A stretch of DNA of 24,000 nucleotides. Origin: Halanaerobiales bacterium. Its GTDB lineage: Bacteria > Bacillota > Halanaerobiia > Halanaerobiales > JADQBU01. The first letter of the stretch is position 1. Every line of letters begins with the position of its first letter. The stretch covers positions 1 through 24,000 of the forward strand of contig JADQBU010000416.1 in assembly GCA_016278435.1 (NCBI GenBank), read 5' to 3'. Both the position numbers and the translations under genes were made by a program. Below are positions 23,001 through 24,000 of the stretch, piece after piece. The notes below the pieces were generated by a model, which saw only the letters and a list, made by a program, of their open reading frames with translations, was not told the DNA's origin and made no database searches.

Positions 23001-24000
23001 TTTATAGCCCTGATCACGGAACCTTGTCATTCCATATAATACAGAGGCGTTCTCTCCTCCCTCTGCTGTATAGATAGATTTGAGTAACTCTCCAAGACCG
23101 GTATTGCCGGTGTAGCGCTCAATCCGTTCTTCAATTGAAGTATTAGATTCAAATAAACTGTCTATCCAATCCCAGAATGATTGAACTATTTTTTGTCCAC
23201 CCTTCCAGAGTTCAACAAACACCTCAATTGTAACGCCAATTATTTTATCTGGTAAACTTAATGATTCATCTTTCCAGATTTCTTTAATATCATTAACTAG
23301 ATCAAGTAACCACTGTCCACCTGGTATCAATTTTAAAGACTCAACTGTTTTTTGAGAAAATGTTAATGTACTGTCAAGCCAAATAGAATTAAGCTCCTTT
23401 AAAAACTGTGTAATCCAGAGATCATCTGGATTAAGGCCTAAGAGTTTGGCGCCTCTTTCTACCAGGTTTATTGTCTGGCTGGTCCACCATAACATGATTG
23501 ATTCAATTAACTTTCCAACTGTTTTTGCTGTTAAATTAATAGTATTAAGAGTCTTTTCCGGGAGAGTTAAATCATCATCTGTCCAAATATTAACGATTTC
23601 ATTCCAGATATCCCGGATTAATTGAGCCAGATCTGAATTATTCCACCAGTCTTTTAGAGTATCCCATATTTCTTTGACATCCTTGACAACATTAGCTGTT
23701 ATATCCCGAATGTCCCAGAGATTCAGGTACCAAGCTGCGGCTAATATAGCTATTCCTGCAGCCACTTGGCCTGTAGTTGTGGCCAAACTCAATATAGCCA
23801 ATCCTACTGTCGCAAATACGGTAACCGTAGCAGTCAACTTAATCGCAAATGTCAGTATGGACTTGATTGCTTCTTTGTTATTTTTAACGAATGTACTAAT
23901 TGCTCCAGCCCAGGCTGAAATACTATCAAGAATATTATTAACTTCTGTGTTCCACCCTGACCCCATTTCCCGAACCGCATTAACTACATTCTCTTTAGCC
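20013..24000 (-). CDS. Phage tail tape-measure protein (5' end beyond the window; more than 1328 aa)
   Basis: The frame stays open upstream of the ORF-track Met (…AKENVVNAVREMGSGW…) to position 24000. W/F-periodic helical repeats (NIWTDDDLTLPEKT, SIWLDSTLTFSQKT, EIWKDESLSLPDKI). Gly-rich hydrophobic block GAGIGGLLGGVIGFFVGGPAGAAIGAGIGGAGGAAVGA. Motif GGYVSGPGTATSDSIPAMLSNGEFVINAQAA is typical of tape-measure proteins. Confidence 0.9.
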   Translation of the reverse strand, partial: AKENVVNAVREMGSGWNTEVNNILDSISAWAGAISTFVKNNKEAIKSILTFAIKLTATVTVFATVGLAILSLATTTGQVAAGIAILAAAWYLNLWDIRDITANVVKDVKEIWDTLKDWWNNSDLAQLIRDIWNEIVNIWTDDDLTLPEKTLNTINLTAKTVGKLIESIMLWWTSQTINLVERGAKLLGLNPDDLWITQFLKELNSIWLDSTLTFSQKTVESLKLIPGGQWLLDLVNDIKEIWKDESLSLPDKIIGVTIEVFVELWKGGQKIVQSFWDWIDSLFESNTSIEERIERYTGNTGLGELLKSIYTAEGGENASVLYGMTRFRDQGYKFAKEANQEFFNGLTEALNIKEGSDQYYAAAAATSANHYWQNFKKEYELEADTALADLSKEMRQKFVEFMGSGFAPPDAHELNPNWDPNVTRELERNLQTPENSIGNLDLTIDFTIGIGAITTAITAAIILKRLVAQLIAQGVLIKMGAQMAAGSALTAVGGSALALASGLTIGATLSVLFDPEVTNYEEWKKDFKEGMELLFTKQFWQDLWTIAQFEWKNMIINITEWSKEQFNKIFSKEYWLGVWDNMKQAWKETWADLKPKFSLDVQREKSNLWYMSPLALPQLMTEWLQNNFATGGYVSGPGTATSDSIPAMLSNGEFVINAQAAKRWRPFLEAINSGNVPGFKLGGQLSYQDYVVTGGHAAANMQILSAAGLSNNKLLNVLARISKDTEHFKYLIDIATGFREAKDEQARLWQQYIQDAEKGNEILKQIRDNLDPTQPAQTKTDWNNFLPLLADLVDTAVEDFGDSVSQSTAALISGVTGAMRSFSGVNGGFFGTKDAPGVIGELKTAWSELKGGNIRGALGSLSQGTVQGITAILDGVKNAIISGVESAAQRAAQAFQAAAEKFQDAVNKFDQSISQSGSLQMASYDYQGAINQAKDTAQAYAESLAAERRKNATRKGAGIGGLLGGVIGFFVGGPAGAAIGAGIGGAGGAAVGAMGDYYRSSDYQKKLNAMMKEVKEKMRDTLESAFDLSTGSITGNINQAILDAAGSGKDMAKQVGISLYGQVKSSLESVFLWANNNLINEILRPMIGGMKDKIIGSITSGDQINFDSLLDINKLIQVAQKAEELGQKFSEFRENLRQRLVDAGLSDDIIDAIFPVSQLSQNISEALRGAMGTALESGDYRDFTKSMGQSIYDNARQGLIQAFMESEVYQRMFAQWFDTANINFSGNLEQDFGLIQNMLTTLQDRLRSAGLDFNYTRLAAEGSAGTGGTGTIESDNYYAGADTSGNGATTINNKYIFAPHDNMFFGSDKEDLFREFEEWRRKKDDDSA

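Larger units (their letters stand above)
16502..24000. mobile_element. Integrated prophage or prophage remnant, bounded on the left by the tRNA-Lys 3' fragment; right end beyond the window
   Basis: att-like tRNA fragment, integrase, Xis-like and Cro-like genes, and a tape-measure gene. The tape-measure gene looks visibly more GC-rich than the host flank (by eye, not computed). Confidence 0.8.

Noticed and set aside
1-24000. Scan for CRISPR arrays, rRNA, c-di-GMP (GEMM-type) riboswitches, IS elements or transposase genes.
   Set aside because: I noticed no regularly spaced 25-40-bp repeats, no rRNA-like conserved blocks, no conserved GEMM-like motifs in the leaders of the GGDEF, HD-GYP or cluster genes, and no transposase-like ORFs or terminal inverted repeats. 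The scan was by eye only, so covariance-model searches (Rfam) would be needed for certainty.

Overview
Low-GC bacterial chromosomal window. It looks like an anaerobic, endospore-forming Firmicute that also has an outer membrane (Halanaerobiales/Negativicutes-like). That placement is an inference from a GerA-family germinant-receptor operon occurring together with periplasm-targeted proteins and an OM beta-barrel gene.

Layout:
(i) 1-5.9 kb: a SARP/BTAD regulator with a degenerate GGDEF domain, next to a divergent cluster of five Sec-signal-bearing genes. These are two paralogous 2-repeat N/Q/G-rich proteins, a stand-alone periplasmic C39 cysteine peptidase, a small secreted protein with one degenerate repeat, and an OM beta-barrel. 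Content and order recall Pseudomonas fapC-D-E-F functional-amyloid operons. I consider this the candidate undescribed system.
(ii) 6-7.7 kb: desulfoferrodoxin, a cyclodeaminase-like protein and two divergent XRE regulators.
(iii) 8-11.3 kb: a c-di-GMP pair (membrane GGEEF cyclase preceded by a short flavodoxin-like ORF, and an HD-GYP phosphodiesterase).
(iv) 11.6-15.8 kb: a gerA-C-(small TM)-B germinant-receptor operon.
(v) ~16 kb: a decayed GAF-like pseudogene.
(vi) 16.5-24 kb: a prophage or prophage remnant. It begins at a 45-nt 3' fragment of tRNA-Lys(CUU) (att), followed by a tyrosine integrase, small ORFs, Xis-like and Cro-like HTH genes, phased repeats, and a tape-measure gene of more than 1328 aa running off the window.

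No CRISPR array, rRNA or intact tRNA was seen. All family assignments come from motif recognition by eye; no searches were run.
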